Assembly: GCA_963762795.1 (NCBI GenBank)
Contig: CAVXMC010000002.1
Location: forward strand, 765,951-829,950
DNA: 64,000 nucleotides
From: an uncultured Actinomycetota bacterium
GTDB taxonomy: Bacteria > Actinomycetota > Actinomycetes > Mycobacteriales > SCTD01
Direction of reading: 5' to 3'
Program-made: the position numbers and the translations under genes
Part shown: one piece after another, positions 1-9,476 of the stretch
Numbering within the stretch: position 1 is the first letter of the stretch
How the letters are laid out: each line of letters begins with the position of its first letter
Notes under the pieces: generated by a model
Told to the model about the DNA's origin: nothing
Seen by the model: only the letters and a program-made list of their open reading frames with translations
The model's database searches: none

Positions 1-71
1 TCCCTGTTACGCCCGGGGGTCAGCGGGCAGGGCAGTCCTGCTGTCTCGTCACCACCGGAGGACCGAACGCC

Positions 72-1085
72 ATGACCCCGCCCCTCGCGTCCACGCTCGC
101 CCCGTCCCTGACCGCCGTCCCCGCCGCCGCCCCGTCCCTGGCCGACCGCCTCGCGGCCGCCCTCGACGCCGGCCCGTCCGCCCTGTCCCGCCTGACCGGT
201 GCGGAGCCCGTCGACCGCCGCGACCGCTTCCTCGTCCTCTTGGCCATCTACGACCTGCACACCGCTCCGCTGGAGCTCGTCGGCGAGCGGGCCCGCCACC
301 AGGGCTCGCCTGCGGTGGCGGAGCTCAAGAGCCGGCTGGAGCAGGAGTGGCTCACCGAGCTCGACGACGCCTGGGAGCAGGCCGGCGCGTTGACCGAGGC
401 GACCAGCGTCGACCGCGTCGTGTCCGCGATGCGAGCGGTCGCCGCCAAGGACCGGCTGCCGCACGCCTACCGCTGGCTGTCGAAGGAGGCGTCCTGGGCC
501 GAGCTCGTCGACTTCCTCGCGCTCGAGGGCGGTCCGGACGGCGGCTTCGACGACCTCGTGGCCGTCTGCCAGCTCGGGCTGTCGGGCAGCGCGAAGCTCG
601 AGCTCGGCAAGAACTACTGGGACGAGATGGGCCAGGGCGACCCGGCCGGCGTCCACACGGTGCTGCACGAGCGGCTGGCCGAGGCCATCGCGATGCCGCG
701 CATCCCGCGCTCGCAGATGCCGGTCGAGGCCCTGGAGCGCGCGGCGCTCGGCGGGCTGCTGGCCACCAACCGCTGGCTGCAGCCGGAGATGCTCGGCGCG
801 CTCGGGCTGCTCGAGCTGCAGGCCGGTCCGCGGTGCCGCCTGGTGCTGCAGGCGTTCGACCGCCTCGGCGCGCCGGCCGACGCCTACCCGTTCTACGTCG
901 AGCACGCCGAGGTCGACCCCGTCCACGGCCGCGACTGGATGGACAAGGCCGTCGTGCCCACGGTCGAGCAGCGGCCGGCCTGGGGCCCGCGCATCGTCAA
1001 GGGCGCCTGGTGGCGCTCGACGGTCAACCTGCGCTTCTTCGAGGCGCTGCGCGTGCAGCTCGTCGGGGAGCAGGCCGCGGCCTAG
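72..1085 (+). CDS. heme-oxygenase-like fold 'iron-containing redox enzyme' family protein
   Basis: The ORF-track gives 337 aa. The all-helical sequence carries NYWDEMGQGDP...HTVLHERL and FYVEHAEVDPVHG motifs, which I associate with the Haem_oxygenase_2 / iron-containing redox enzyme family. It converges on the next gene with a 4-nt overlap. Confidence 0.55.
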   Translation: MTPPLASTLAPSLTAVPAAAPSLADRLAAALDAGPSALSRLTGAEPVDRRDRFLVLLAIYDLHTAPLELVGERARHQGSPAVAELKSRLEQEWLTELDDAWEQAGALTEATSVDRVVSAMRAVAAKDRLPHAYRWLSKEASWAELVDFLALEGGPDGGFDDLVAVCQLGLSGSAKLELGKNYWDEMGQGDPAGVHTVLHERLAEAIAMPRIPRSQMPVEALERAALGGLLATNRWLQPEMLGALGLLELQAGPRCRLVLQAFDRLGAPADAYPFYVEHAEVDPVHGRDWMDKAVVPTVEQRPAWGPRIVKGAWWRSTVNLRFFEALRVQLVGEQAAA

Positions 1086-1843
1086 GCCTCGCAGCCGAGC
1101 GGTACCCCGCGCAGCGCCCGCTCGGCCAGCAGCAGCCGCGGTGGCAGCGCGCGTACGGACAGGGCGCGGGCCACGTCGACCAGCTGCCGCCCGCGGTGCA
1201 GCTGGGCCGGGAGGTCGCGACCGGTGACGCGGTGCCCGAACGGCACGTCGACCTCGACCACGCGCAGCCCGGCGCGCAGCAGGTCCAACGTCAGCGCCGT
1301 CTCGACGCCGTAGCCCGGCGCGAGCGGCCTGGCCCGGTCGAACGCCGCCCGCGTCAGGCAGCGCTGCCCGGACAGCGGCTGGCTCGGCGCGATCCCGGTG
1401 CGGGCCAGGATGCCGCGGCGGGCCAGGCCGACGACCAGCCCGTGCCCGCCCGCCGTCTCGTCGACGCCGCGCGGCAGCAGGGCGACCGCCATGTCGGCGC
1501 TGCCGTCGAGCACCGGCCGGCACAGCGCCCCGGCGCCGGCGGCGGACGCGCGCAGGTCGGCGTCGAGGAAGAGCAGCGGTCGCGGCGGCGCGCCCTCCCG
1601 CTGCTCGAGCAGGGCCACCGCCTCGGCGCCGGTGACCATCGCCGCCGCCTTGCCGCGCGGGGAGCGGTGGCGCACGACGACCGCGCCGGCCTCCCGCGCG
1701 AGCTGCGCGGTGCCGTCGCGCGAGCCGTCGTCGCAGACCACGACCAGGTCGACCTCGGGCACCGACAGGGCGGCCCGGACGGTGTCGGCGATCCGCCGCA
1801 CCTCGTCGCGGGCCGGCACGACGCAGGCCGCTCCACTCCCCAT
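1082..1843 (-). CDS. family 2 glycosyltransferase
   Basis: This is the frame of ORF 1082..2011. The GT2 signature CVVPARDE...VVVCDDGSRDGT...FLDADL is present. I placed the start at the internal Met (MGSGAAC, residue 57), which leaves a 70-bp divergent spacer to arcA. The start is uncertain. Confidence 0.7.
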   Translation of the reverse strand: MGSGAACVVPARDEVRRIADTVRAALSVPEVDLVVVCDDGSRDGTAQLAREAGAVVVRHRSPRGKAAAMVTGAEAVALLEQREGAPPRPLLFLDADLRASAAGAGALCRPVLDGSADMAVALLPRGVDETAGGHGLVVGLARRGILARTGIAPSQPLSGQRCLTRAAFDRARPLAPGYGVETALTLDLLRAGLRVVEVDVPFGHRVTGRDLPAQLHRGRQLVDVARALSVRALPPRLLLAERALRGVPLGCEA

Positions 1844-1913
1844 GCCGGGACGGTAGGGCCTGCCCGAGCCGTTGCGGGTACCAGCTCGGTCACGGCTCTG
1901 CGAGGCTGCGCGC

Positions 1914-3125
1914 ATGAGCGAGCGCGCGTGCGTCACCACCGAGGTCGGCCGGCTGCGCACGGTGCTGCTGCACCGCCCCGGGCCCGAGCTGCAGCGGCTG
2001 ACCCCGCGCAACAGCGCCGACCTGCTCTTCGACGGGCTGCCGTGGGTGGGTCGCGCGCAGGACGAGCACGACGCGTTCGCCCAGGCCCTGCGCGACCGGG
2101 GCGTCGAGGTCCTCTACCTCGCCGAGCTGCTCGAGCAGACGCTCGACGTGCCCGCCGCCCGCGCCGACGCTGTGCACGCCGCGGTCGCGCCGACCGTCGT
2201 CGGGCCGTCGCTCGCCGGCGTCCTGCGGTCCTGGCTGCTCGACCTGCCCTCCGCCGACCTCGCCCGGGTGCTCGCCGCGGGCCTCACCCACGACGAGCTG
2301 CCCCGGGTCGGCGCCGAGGGCGTCGTCGCACGGATGGCCGGCGCGCACGAGTTCGTCGTACGCCCCCTGCCCAACCTGCTCTTCACCCGCGACTCCTCGG
2401 TCTGGGTCGACGACCAGGTCGCGGTGACCAGCCCGTCGATGCGGGCGCGCCAGCGCGAGACCGCCTTGACCGGCGCGATCTACCGGCACCACCCGCGCTT
2501 CACGGGCACGTCCCTGCTGTACGGCGGCAGCCGCGACGAGGCGTGGTTCGAGGGCGGCGACGTGCTGCTGCTGGCCGACGGCGTCATCGCGGTCGGCGTC
2601 GGCCAGCGCACGACCCCCGCGGGCGTCGAGGCGTTCGCGCTGCGCGCCTTCGCCGCCGGGGTCGCGCGCACGGTGCTCGCCGTCCCCATCGCGCAGGAGC
2701 GCGCGACCATGCACCTGGACACCATCTGCACGATGGTCGACGCCGACGCGGTCGTGATGTTCCCGGCGGTCGCGGACACGCTGGCCGCGTACACCGTGAC
2801 ACCGGACGGGGACGAGGGGCTGGTCGTCAGCGACCCCCAGCCGTTCCTGCAGGCAGCCGCGGCCGCCATGGGGATCGACCGGCTGCGGCTCGTCGACACC
2901 GGCCTGGACCCGGTCACCGCCGAGCGCGAGCAGTGGGACGACGGCAACAACACCCTCGCGCTGGCGCCGGGCCTGGTCGTGGCGTACGAGCGCAACGTCG
3001 TCACCAACCACGCGCTCGAGGCGGCCGGGATCGAGGTCGTGCGGATCGCCGGCAGCGAGCTCGGCAGCGGCCGCGGCGGCCCGCGGTGCATGTCCTGCCC
3101 GGTGCTGCGCGACCCGCTGCCGTAG
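1914..3125 (+). CDS. arcA: arginine deiminase
   Basis: This is the frame of ORF 1872..3125. [23 protein letters not shown]...LFTRDSS...MHLDT...GGPRCMSCP is the typical arginine deiminase pattern, including the C-terminal catalytic Cys. The start is set at Met15. Confidence 0.9.
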   Translation: MSERACVTTEVGRLRTVLLHRPGPELQRLTPRNSADLLFDGLPWVGRAQDEHDAFAQALRDRGVEVLYLAELLEQTLDVPAARADAVHAAVAPTVVGPSLAGVLRSWLLDLPSADLARVLAAGLTHDELPRVGAEGVVARMAGAHEFVVRPLPNLLFTRDSSVWVDDQVAVTSPSMRARQRETALTGAIYRHHPRFTGTSLLYGGSRDEAWFEGGDVLLLADGVIAVGVGQRTTPAGVEAFALRAFAAGVARTVLAVPIAQERATMHLDTICTMVDADAVVMFPAVADTLAAYTVTPDGDEGLVVSDPQPFLQAAAAAMGIDRLRLVDTGLDPVTAEREQWDDGNNTLALAPGLVVAYERNVVTNHALEAAGIEVVRIAGSELGSGRGGPRCMSCPVLRDPLP

Positions 3126-3128
3126 CGG

Positions 3129-4277
3129 CTACCGCAGGGTGAGCTGGCGGCTGAGCAGGCCGCCGCGGGCCCGGCGCTCGTCCGACGTCAGCGCCCGCGG
3201 CGCGGCGAGCTCCTCGTCGAGGCGGGCGCGCAGCGCGGCCGCCGGCTCCTCCACCTGCTCGGCCGTGGTGCCGGGCACGAGGTCCCACACCGGGACGACC
3301 AGCCCGTGCGCGCGGAACGAGCCGATGTAGCGGCTGCCCTCGCCGAGCCCGAGCCCAGGACCCGCGGCGAGCCGCGCCATCGCGTCGAGCAGCGGCTCCT
3401 CCTCCTCGCCCAGCACCCAGCGCAGGTGCGAGCGCTCGCGGATCTGGCACCAGTACGCGCTGCGCACCGACGTCAGCCGCGCCGTCGGCACGACCGTGGC
3501 GTTGGCCCGCTCCATCGACTCCGCGACGTCGCCGTCCGGGTCGGCCGCCCCCTCGACCCAGTAGCCGAAGCCCTCGTGCACGGTGACGTCGAGCGGCACG
3601 TCGGCGAGCAGGTCCTGCAGCCGCGGGCCGGCCTGCGGCAGCCCGACCGGCTGGACCGGGGTGCCGGGCGCCGCCGAGAGGGCCAGCTCGAGGGCGTTGG
3701 CGAGGTCGCGGCTGGCGTCGCTGCCGCGGCTCTGCACCTGCAGGCCGAGCATGATCGTCCCGTCCGCGCGCACCAGGGCCGGCCAGGCCAGCGGCAGGAC
3801 CGTCGACAGCACGACCGTGCGGTCCTCGTGGCCGATGACCGTCAAGGGGCTGGTCGCGGCCGGCACGACCTCGCGCAGCGCCACCCACTCCGTCTCGTCG
3901 GCGAGCCCGGCGAACGGGCGCGCCACGAACTCCGCCCCACCCGTCGCAGCCTTGCCGTGGCAGGCCTTGTAGCGCTTGCCCGAGCCGCAGGGGCAGGGCT
4001 CGCGACCACCGACGACCGGCACGGGACCGTCGACCACCGAGGTCGGCGACGGAGCGCCGGTGGGGCGGGCGGGGGGACGGCGGCGGCTGCTGATCGAGGG
4101 CTCCGGGGGACGGCGCGGGCAGGACCCGTCGAGCGTAGGCGGGTGTCCACCCCGGCCGGTGCGGGCAGGGCCCCGGGAGTCAGCGTCCGGGAGGAGTGCA
4201 CATGCCGCCGTGGTCATGGGCACTGTGTTCGCCTGGCAGCGCCGACGCGGCCAGGGCATCCTCGCGCCCGTGCCCAC
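3129..4277 (-). CDS. SEC-C metal-binding motif protein (DUF5926-like)
   Basis: The ORF-track gives 382 aa. The SEC-C motif CPCGSGKRYKACHGK is followed by a conserved FVARPFAGL...WVALREVVPAAT body. The true start could be an internal Met near 4217. Confidence 0.7.
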   Translation of the reverse strand: MGTGARMPWPRRRCQANTVPMTTAACALLPDADSRGPARTGRGGHPPTLDGSCPRRPPEPSISSRRRPPARPTGAPSPTSVVDGPVPVVGGREPCPCGSGKRYKACHGKAATGGAEFVARPFAGLADETEWVALREVVPAATSPLTVIGHEDRTVVLSTVLPLAWPALVRADGTIMLGLQVQSRGSDASRDLANALELALSAAPGTPVQPVGLPQAGPRLQDLLADVPLDVTVHEGFGYWVEGAADPDGDVAESMERANATVVPTARLTSVRSAYWCQIRERSHLRWVLGEEEEPLLDAMARLAAGPGLGLGEGSRYIGSFRAHGLVVPVWDLVPGTTAEQVEEPAAALRARLDEELAAPRALTSDERRARGGLLSRQLTLR

Positions 4278-4319
4278 CTACGCGACCTGGTCCGCGCTGA
4301 TGATCCTGCTGCTGCCCCG

Positions 4320-5249
4320 GTGACGGTCTGCGTCGTCGGCGCCGGCATCGCCGGGACGGCCTGCGCCCGGGCGCTCACCACCGCGGGCGTGCCGGTCGTG
4401 CTGCTCGAGCGCGGCCGGGTGGCCGGCGGGCGGATGGCGTCGCGCCGGCTGGAGGGGCGCTACGTCGACCTCGGCGCGTCGTACTTCGTGGCCCGCGACC
4501 CCGGCTTCGCCGCGCTGGTCGCCGACTGGACCGCGCGGGGCCTGGCCCGGCCGTGGACCGACACCTTCACCGTCCTGCCCTCCGGGGAGCGCAAGCAGGG
4601 GCCGCTTCGCCACGGCGCGACCGGGGGCCTGCGCAGCCTGGTGGAGGACCTGGCGACCGGGATCGACCTGCGGCTCGAGACGGCGGTCACCTCCGTCGGG
4701 CCCGGCCCGACCGTCGACGGCCAGGCGTACGACGCGGTCGTCCTCGCCATGCCGGACCCGCAGGCGCTGCGGCTGCTCGACCCGTCCTGCACCGTCGAGC
4801 GGGACGCGCTGGCCGGCCGGGAGTGGCAGCCGGTGCTGGCTCTCGCGGCCGGCTTCCCCGAGCGCACCTGGGACCTCGACGGGGCGTTCGTCCACGACGA
4901 CCCGGTGCTCGACTGGGTCGCCGACGACGGCCGGCGGCGCGGTGACGACGCCCCCGTCCTGGTCGCCCACTCGACCAGCGCGTTCGCCGGACCGCGCCTG
5001 GCCGACCCGGACGCCGCCGCCCCGCTGATGGTCGCCGCCCTGCGCGCGCTGCTCGGGCTGCGCGCGCCGACCCGTACCAAGGTGCAGCGCTGGACGTTCG
5101 CCAAGCCGGCCGGCGAGCGGGACGCGCCCTGGCACCTCGGCGACAGCGGCATCGGGCTGTGCGGCGACGGCTGGGGCGCCAGCAAGGTCGAGGCGGCGTG
5201 GCTGTCCGGCGACGGCCTCGGCCGGGCGCTGGCGGAGCGGCTCTCCTAG
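4320..5249 (+). CDS. NAD(P)/FAD-dependent oxidoreductase (renalase-like)
   Basis: These are the last 309 codons of ORF 3306..5249. A GTG start at 4320 gives VTVCVVGAGIAGTACARAL, a Rossmann GxGxxG dinucleotide fold. The rest of that long ORF is antisense to the SEC-C gene. Confidence 0.75.
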   Translation: MTVCVVGAGIAGTACARALTTAGVPVVLLERGRVAGGRMASRRLEGRYVDLGASYFVARDPGFAALVADWTARGLARPWTDTFTVLPSGERKQGPLRHGATGGLRSLVEDLATGIDLRLETAVTSVGPGPTVDGQAYDAVVLAMPDPQALRLLDPSCTVERDALAGREWQPVLALAAGFPERTWDLDGAFVHDDPVLDWVADDGRRRGDDAPVLVAHSTSAFAGPRLADPDAAAPLMVAALRALLGLRAPTRTKVQRWTFAKPAGERDAPWHLGDSGIGLCGDGWGASKVEAAWLSGDGLGRALAERLS

Positions 5250-6113
5250 CCCGCGCGGCCGAGCTGGCGCAGCACCCGCGTCGGGTGGTTGCTGATGATC
5301 GCGTCGACGCCCAGGTCGAGCAGGTAGGCGATGTCCTCCGGCTCGTTGGCGGTGAAGCAGTGCACCTTCGAGCCCTTGGCGTGCACGCGCTCGACGTAGC
5401 CGGGGTGGGTCCGCAGGATGTTGATGGAGGGTCCGGCCGCGCTGACCTGCGAGGGCAGCCGGCCGTCGCGGTAGCGCACCGGCACCCGGTCCATGAGGTA
5501 GACGGTCGGCAGCGACGGCGCCATCGCGTGCACGCGCCGCAGCGACGTCGGGGCGTAGCTCATGACGGTCACCTGGCTGACCGACCGGGACAGCGGGCGC
5601 GCCAGCCCGAACCGCTCGAGCAGCGCGACCAGCTCCAGCTCGACCAGCCCGCCGTACCGGGTGGGGTGCTTGGTCTCGATGTGCAGCTCGACCGGGCGGC
5701 CCGCCGGTGAGGTGCTGGCGACGGCGAGCTCCAGCGAGCCGCTCGAGGGTCAGCACCGAGTGGCGGTCGCGGTCGGTGTCGACCTCCTCCCAGTCGGCCT
5801 CGAGCAGCGGGTCGTGCTGGGCGCGCCGCCAGGAGGCGAAGTCCAGCTCGGCCAGCTCGCGCAGCTCGAGGGTCGACACGACGCCGCGGCCGTTGGAGGT
5901 CCGGTTGACCTTGCGGTCGTGCACGCAGACGAGCACCCCGTCGCGGGTCAGCCGCACGTCGCACTCGAGGGCGTCGGCGCCCTCCTGCAGGGCCAGCTCG
6001 TACGCGGCCAGGGTGTGCTCCGCCGCCGAGCCGGAGGACCCGCGGTGCGCGACGACCAGGGCGGACCGGGGGGGCACGACCCCAGGATGCCCGACGGCCG
6101 AACGGCGCGGCAC
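5246..6113 (-). CDS. glycerophosphodiester phosphodiesterase (frame broken near 5735)
   Basis: The N-terminal half (VVAHRGSS...ECDVRLTRDGVLVCVHD...HSVLTLERL) opens ORF 4278..6113. The C-terminal half (VELHIETKHPTRYGG...VMSYAPTSLRR...NHPTRVLRQL) lies in the frame of ORF 5246..5572. The halves join only if one base is removed around 5731-5740. Confidence 0.75.
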
Positions 6114-6130
6114 CCCGGCACGCCGCCCGG

Positions 6131-7107
6131 TCAGGACCGGCGCACGACCTGCGGGTCCACGCCGTTGACCACGTCGACGACCGGCTCGCCGGCCAGCACG
6201 CGGCGCAGGTTGGCCGTCGCCTTCCCGACGATCGCCATGGCGGCCTGCACGGACGACCCGGCGGCGTGCGGCGACAGCAGCAGCTGGCTGGCCCCCTCGG
6301 GCAGCGTGCGCAGCGCCGAGTCGGCGGGCAGCGGCTCGGTGGCGTAGACGTCCAGCGCGACCCCGCCGAGGGCGCCGGCCCGCAGCACCTCCACCAGCGC
6401 CGCCTCGTCGACGACCTGGCCGCGGGCGGCGTTGACCAGCAGCGTCCCGGGCCGCAGCAGGGCCAGCCGCCGCGCGTCGAGCAGCCCGCGCGTCTCGTCA
6501 CCCAGCGCGATGATCACGATGACCACGTCGCTGGTCGCCAGCAGCACGTCGAGGTCGGTGTACGTGGCCGGCGCGTCCGGCTTCTCCGTACGGCTCCAGT
6601 AGCCGACCTGGCAGCCCATCGCGGTGAAGAGGGTCGCGACCTCGCGCCCGATCGAGCCCATGCCGATGACGCCGACCGTGCTGCCGGCCAGCTCGCGCCC
6701 GCCCAGGCTGAGCTGCGGCCACTCGCCGCGGCGCACCGCCGCGTCGGCGAGCGCCGTCTTGCGCAGCAGCCCGAGCACCGCCGCCAGGCACCACTCCGCG
6801 ACGCTGCGGGTGTTGCTGCCGCGGTGTTGGCGACGGGCACCCCCGCCTCGGTGAAGGGGTCCAGCCGGATGCCGTCGACCCCCACGCTCGGCTGCTGCAC
6901 GAAGCAGACCCGCGGCCCGGGGTGGGTCAGCCGCAGCGCCGGCGACCAGTCGCCGAGCACCAGGTCGACCTCGGGCAGCAGCGCGTCGACCGCAGCCTGG
7001 GTGCGCTCCTCGGGCATCACCAGCTCGACCCGCTCGTCGCCGAACAGGCTCTCCATGGCGGAGCGCTGCAGCGGCGGGAGGGCGAGCAGGCGCCAGGCCC
7101 CGCTCAC
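6131..7107 (-). CDS. D-isomer-specific 2-hydroxyacid dehydrogenase family protein (frame broken near 6820)
   Basis: The NAD-binding and catalytic part (GSTVGVIGMGSIGREVA...LLVNAARG...SPHAAG) is ORF 6131..6778. The N-terminal part (VSGAWRLL...GVPVANTA) lies in the tail of ORF 6514..8802. Adding one base near 6818-6822 restores ...ANTAGSNTRSVAEWCLAAVLGLLR. The GTG start overlaps the rhodanese stop (GTGA). Confidence 0.75.
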
Positions 7108-7436
7108 AGGACCTGCCCCGGCCGGCCGTCGTCGGTGACGACCGGCAGGCCGACCCGCTCCCAGGCGTCCATGCCCCCGTCGACGTTGCGCGCGTCGTAG
7201 CCGCGCTGCGCCAGGTAGGCGGCCACCTGGGCGCTGCGGCCGCCCAGGTGGCAGATGACGCTGAGCGGCCGGTCGGTGGGCAGCTCGCCGAGGCGCTCGA
7301 CCAGCTGCGACATGGGGACGTGCACGGCGCCGGGCGCGTGGCCGGCGACCCACTCGTGCGGCTCGCGCACGTCGAGCAGGACGTCGTCCGGCGGGACGGA
7401 GCGGACGTCGACGGGCGGGAGCGGCGGCGGGGTCAC
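7104..7436 (-). CDS. rhodanese-like sulfurtransferase domain protein
   Basis: The ORF-track gives 110 aa. This is a single rhodanese domain with the active-site loop CHLGGRS. Confidence 0.85.
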   Translation of the reverse strand: MTPPPLPPVDVRSVPPDDVLLDVREPHEWVAGHAPGAVHVPMSQLVERLGELPTDRPLSVICHLGGRSAQVAAYLAQRGYDARNVDGGMDAWERVGLPVVTDDGRPGQVL

Positions 7437-7494
7437 GGGCGCATCCTGGCACCGGCTGCGAGGATGCCGCCGTGCCGACCTCTGCGAGCGCCCG

Positions 7495-8905
7495 ATGACC
7501 GACTACGACCTCGTGGTCGTCGGTGCCGGGGCGACCGGCCTCGGCGCGGCCCGGGCCGGGCGCAAGGCGGGCCGCCGGGTGGCCCTCGTCGAGGCGGAGC
7601 GGCCGGGCGGTGACTGCACCCACTACGGCTGCGTCCCGAGCAAGGCGCTGCTCGAGGCGGCCCGCCGCGTGCACGGCGCACGCAGCGGCCCGTCGTACGG
7701 CTTCACCGCCGACGTGCGCGTCGACTTCCCGGCCGTCATGGAGCGGGTGCAGCGGGTCGTCGCGGAGATCGAGCAGGACGAGTCGCCGGAGCTGCTGGCG
7801 CAGGAGGGCATCGACCTGCTGACCGGCTGGGGCACCTTCACCGGTCCGCACGAGCTGGAGGTCGACGGCCGGCGCATCACCGCCGAGCGCTTCGTCGTGG
7901 CCAGCGGCTCGAAGGCGTCGGTGCCGCCGATCGACGGCCTGCGCGACGTGCCCTACCTCGACAACCGCACCGTGTTCGACCTGCGCGAGCAGCCGTCGCA
8001 CCTCCTCGTGCTGGGCGGCGGGCCGATCGGCGTGGAGCTGGCGCAGGCGTTCCGCCGGCTCGGCTCCGACGTCACGGTGGTCGAGGCGGCGCCGACCCTG
8101 CTCGCCCGCGAGGAGCCCGAGGCCCGGGAGGTCGTGGCGCGCGTCCTGCAGCGCGAGGGCGTGGTCGTCCGCACCGGCGCGGCCGTGCAGCGGGTGAGCG
8201 CCGGTCCCGTGCTGCACCTGTCCGACGGCACGACCGTCTCGGGCTCGCACCTGCTCGTCGCCGTCGGCCGCACGCCGAGCACCACGGGCTTCGGCCTGGA
8301 GAACGCCGGCGTCTCGCTGCAGCGCGACGGGCTCATCGCGACCGATGGTCACCTCAAGGCCTCGCCGACGGTGTGGGCGGCCGGCGACTGCACGACGCAG
8401 CTGAAGTTCACCCACGTCGGCTACGAGCAGGGCCGGCTCGCCGCCCGCAACGCGTTCCGTCTGCCGGGGCTGTCCAACACGTTCTCCGACCGGGTGATCC
8501 CCTGGGTGACGTTCACCGACCCCGAGGTCGGCCACGTCGGGCTGACCGAGGCCGAGGCGGTCGAGCAGCACGGCGACCGCGTCCGGGTCTCCACCGTCCA
8601 CGACACCGAGAGCGACCGCGGCCGCACCTCCGGCGAGACCGACGGGTTCGTGAAGCTCATCGGCGTCCGCAGCCGCGTCACCGGCGACCTGACCATGCGC
8701 CTCGCCGGCATGACCGTCGTCGGGCCGATGGCCGGCGAGCAGGTCGCGCAGGGAGCCCTCGCGATGCAGACCCACATGCTCGCTCGCCCGCCTCGGGTCC
8801 ACCGTCGTCGCCTACCCGACGTGGAACCTCTCGGTGCGGCTGGCCGCGGCCCGCTTCTTCGGCGCGTACGGCGGGGAGAAGGCCCGCCCCGGCCGGGCTG
8901 ACTGA
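7495..8905 (+). CDS. FAD-dependent pyridine nucleotide-disulfide oxidoreductase (dihydrolipoyl dehydrogenase / mercuric reductase class; frame broken near 8786)
   Basis: The start is Met81 of ORF 7255..8901 (MTDYDLVVVGAGATG). The redox-active pair GGDCTHYGCVPSK is present. The expected dimerisation C-terminus (STVVAYPTWNLSVRLAAARFF...) lies in a different frame that stops at 8905. One extra base around 8781-8790 separates the two frames. Confidence 0.8.
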
Positions 8906-9097
8906 CGCCCAGGCCCGGCCCGGCCCGCCCCTCCGGCCCGACCCCGGCTGGACCCGAACCCCGGCCAGATCCCGTCCGGCCGACGGCCCACCGGCGGCCC
9001 GCGACCACCCCGGCCCGGCGACCCGTCGCGAACCCCGGCCATCCCTGCTCCGTGCCGGCTCGCCATGCCCGCCACGAGGCCATGAGCCGGCCGTTCC

Positions 9098-9160
9098 CAT
9101 GCCCCCGGACGCATACCGCCCGACACGACACCGTCGCCTCGGCGGACGCAGCGGGCTGCC
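9098..9160. repeat. copy 1 of an imperfect ~65-nt direct repeat in a non-coding island
   Basis: The copy reads CATGC..CGG.CGCATACCGC...CACGACACCGTC.CCTCGGC.GGACG..GCTGCC. By eye it aligns with 9312..9378 at roughly three quarters identity. Confidence 0.55.
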
Positions 9161-9311
9161 CGGGGACGGACACGATAGGTGCGGCGCGGCACGCGCCGGC
9201 CGACCGGCGACAGGACCGCTCCCCGGACGCGCGACGTCACGCCGCGCCGCTGTCGGGGCGGCAGCGTCGCCTCGGCGTCGTATGCATCGGGAGGCATGGG
9301 GAGGCGCCCGG

Positions 9312-9378
9312 CATGCTTCGGGGCGCATACCGCTCCAGCACGACACCGTCTCCTCGGCAGGACGGGCAGTGTGCTGCC
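9312..9378. repeat. copy 2 of the imperfect ~65-nt direct repeat
   Basis: See 9098..9160. A third partial copy of the GTCGCCTCGGCG core lies at 9265..9276. Confidence 0.55.
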
Positions 9379-9476
9379 TGCCACGGGACAGGGCTGTCCA
9401 CAGCAGACGAGGCGCCGTCCACAGGAGCGGCAGGCGAGCCGCGCACGCGCGGCGAGCGGCCGGCACCCTCACGGGT

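Noticed and set aside
347-3142. This is a 931-aa ORF. The ORF track contains other very long ORFs of the same kind, for example 6514..8802 (762 aa), 10322..12517 (731 aa), 35642..38104 (820 aa), 43719..45986 (755 aa), 8373..10508 (711 aa), 46641..48830 (729 aa) and 50419..52146 (575 aa).
   Set aside because: They are Arg/Ala/Gly/Pro-rich strings with no family motifs. They lie out of frame or antisense to genes with clear signatures (arcA, gyrB, recF/gnd, dnaA and others). Stop-free off-frames are expected at this GC content.
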